The notes below the pieces were generated by a model that saw nothing but the letters and a program-made list of their open reading frames with translations, was not told the origin of the DNA and did no database searches. The position numbers were made by a program, and so were the translations under genes. From assembly GCA_963676615.1 (NCBI GenBank), contig OY781092.1, positions 1,280,001 through 1,344,000 of the forward strand: a stretch of DNA of 64,000 nt, written 5' to 3'. This DNA comes from Candidatus Cloacimonadota bacterium (GTDB lineage: Bacteria; Cloacimonadota; Cloacimonadia; G963667145). Positions 62,471 through 64,000 of this stretch are shown here, one piece after another (position 1 is the stretch's first letter; every line of letters begins with the position of its first letter).

Positions 62471-63541
62471 ATGAAAAACCAAGACGAACTAGTCAAACTT
62501 CGCCAAAAAATCGACTCCATCGACAAGCAAATCCTCAATCTTTTCAACCAAAGAATGGAGGCAGCCGTCAGGACGACAAAATACAAAAAATCGATCAAAG
62601 ACCAAGGCAGAGAAAAAGCGATTTTGGAGAAAGTCGCCAACTCGGGCTACACCCTGCTAGACAAAGATTTTGCGCAAGACATCTACAAAACAGTCATCCA
62701 GCACAGCTGCAAACTGCAAGAAAAAAACCTTGCCACCATCGCCTTTCAGGGCGTGCACGGTGCATACAGCCAAATCGCTGCTAGCAAATGGGATAGCTCG
62801 CTCGTGAGCCTGCCCTGCGAAAGCTTTGTCGAGATATTCGACGGCATCCAAAAAGAGATTTACGACTACGGAATCGTGCCCATAGAAAACAACCTCGGCG
62901 GCGTTGTCGGGGGCATCAACGCCCTTTTGCTCTGCCACGACCAAATAAAAATCATCGGCAGCCTAAACTTGCCCATCGAGCACTGCCTGCTTTGCCCAGA
63001 AGGGACGAACTACCGCGACATCAAATGCGTCTATTCGCACTATCAGGCGCTGGCGCAATGCAGCAACTTCATCTCCGAGCTAAACCTTGCCAGCCATCGC
63101 TATTTCGACACCGCAGGAGCCGCCAAAATGCTCAGCGAAAAAAATCTCGACTCTGCAGCCGCCATTGCCAGTGGACTCGCTGGCGAATACTACGGGCTGC
63201 AAGTAGTCAAAAAAAACATCGAAAACATCCCCCACAATCGCACGCGCTTCATCGTAATCGGCAAAAACAAAAAAAGCGACCACCCAAATTGCTGCTCTAT
63301 CGTCTTTTCCTGCAAGCACTCCGTGGGAGCTTTGGGCGACCTAATCAAGATTTTTGCCAAAAACAAAATCAACTTAACACGCCTAGAATCTTTTTATCCC
63401 GGAGACGGCGGACTCAAATTTTTCGCCGATTTCCAGATTCCAGACGAAGCCGAAATAATGGACAAACTTTTCGAAGATTTCGCCGCAAAAAAACAAGAAC
63501 TAAAAATTTTAGGAAAATACAAGGAATTAAAAGAAAAATGA
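62471..63541 (+). CDS. pheA: Chorismate mutase / prephenate dehydratase
   Basis: LRQKIDSID (AroQ), FQGVHGAYS, PIEN, SHYQALAQC, NRTRF, NLTRLES (ACT). Confidence 0.9.
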   Translation: MKNQDELVKLRQKIDSIDKQILNLFNQRMEAAVRTTKYKKSIKDQGREKAILEKVANSGYTLLDKDFAQDIYKTVIQHSCKLQEKNLATIAFQGVHGAYSQIAASKWDSSLVSLPCESFVEIFDGIQKEIYDYGIVPIENNLGGVVGGINALLLCHDQIKIIGSLNLPIEHCLLCPEGTNYRDIKCVYSHYQALAQCSNFISELNLASHRYFDTAGAAKMLSEKNLDSAAAIASGLAGEYYGLQVVKKNIENIPHNRTRFIVIGKNKKSDHPNCCSIVFSCKHSVGALGDLIKIFAKNKINLTRLESFYPGDGGLKFFADFQIPDEAEIMDKLFEDFAAKKQELKILGKYKELKEK

Positions 63542-64000
63542 AAATCGTCGTTTTAGGCGCTGGTCATATGGGTTCGTGGATATCCGATGAGCTGGCCGCC
63601 GAGCATCAGACCTGGGTATTCGACCCAAACCAAAACAGCCTTGCCAACATCAAAAAAGCAACGCCAATCTCCGATATGCAAAAAATCAAGGAAATTCAGC
63701 CCGAAATGCTGATCAACGCCGTGAGTTTGCCCAAAACAAAAGAAGCGTTTCTCGCGGTAATGCCGCTGCTGTCAAAAAGCTGTCTGCTGTGCGATTTGAC
63801 CTCGGTAAAAGGCGAACTAAGCAAATTTTATCAAGAAGCGGGCTTCGATTTCGTCTCGATTCACCCGATGTTTGGTCCCACTTTTGCCAATGTCGAAAAC
63901 CTCTCCGACGAGAACATCATCATCATTAGCGAGTCTTGCCAAAAAGGAAAAGATTTTTTCGAAAAACTGGCGAAAAAGCTCAAGCTAAAAATCTTCCACT
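63538..64000 (+). CDS. tyrA: Prephenate dehydrogenase, runs off the window end
   Basis: Manual translation from ATG 63538 (overlaps the pheA stop): MKIVVLGAGHMG...DLTSVKG...SIHPMFGP. Confidence 0.88.
   Translation, partial: MKIVVLGAGHMGSWISDELAAEHQTWVFDPNQNSLANIKKATPISDMQKIKEIQPEMLINAVSLPKTKEAFLAVMPLLSKSCLLCDLTSVKGELSKFYQEAGFDFVSIHPMFGPTFANVENLSDENIIIISESCQKGKDFFEKLAKKLKLKIFH

Overview
Gene-dense chromosomal window from a diderm, probably anaerobic bacterium (lpxB, bamD, mltA, four-subunit 2-oxoacid:ferredoxin oxidoreductase). An FCB-group or Cloacimonadota-like affinity is my impression only and is not established. Most of the window is housekeeping: dtd, pdp, nadK, deoD, a polar amino-acid ABC transporter, recA-recX, rarA-typA, comM, a long minus-strand run from a PpiD/SurA-like gene through bamD, nadD, ftsB, uppP, holA, lpxB, rlmD, tyrS, gyrB, gyrA, yigZ and rsmF, and aroF-pheA-tyrA. 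Accessory or unusual parts: (1) a GATC restriction locus where intact DpnI plus DpnD sit between a truncated Dam/DpnM stub and an N-terminally truncated DpnA-like methyltransferase; (2) a complete IS256-family element with 24-bp TIRs and an 8-bp TSD splitting an outer-membrane beta-barrel gene in a repeat-rich surface-protein locus; (3) an IS5 transposase N-terminal domain coupled to rarA; (4) an SPS-like glycosyltransferase with a large insertion, coupled to a kinase and followed by an archaeal-type AsnA; (5) an AT-rich DUF6338-like gene plus short peptide; (6) a UbiA-family pseudogene with an apparent microhomology deletion; (7) two Fic proteins, one with a perfect 17x12-bp repeat; (8) promoters with TTGAC -35 boxes but no recognisable TATAAT. 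I recognised no rRNA, tRNA or CRISPR array. All product calls come from motif recognition by eye, not database searches.
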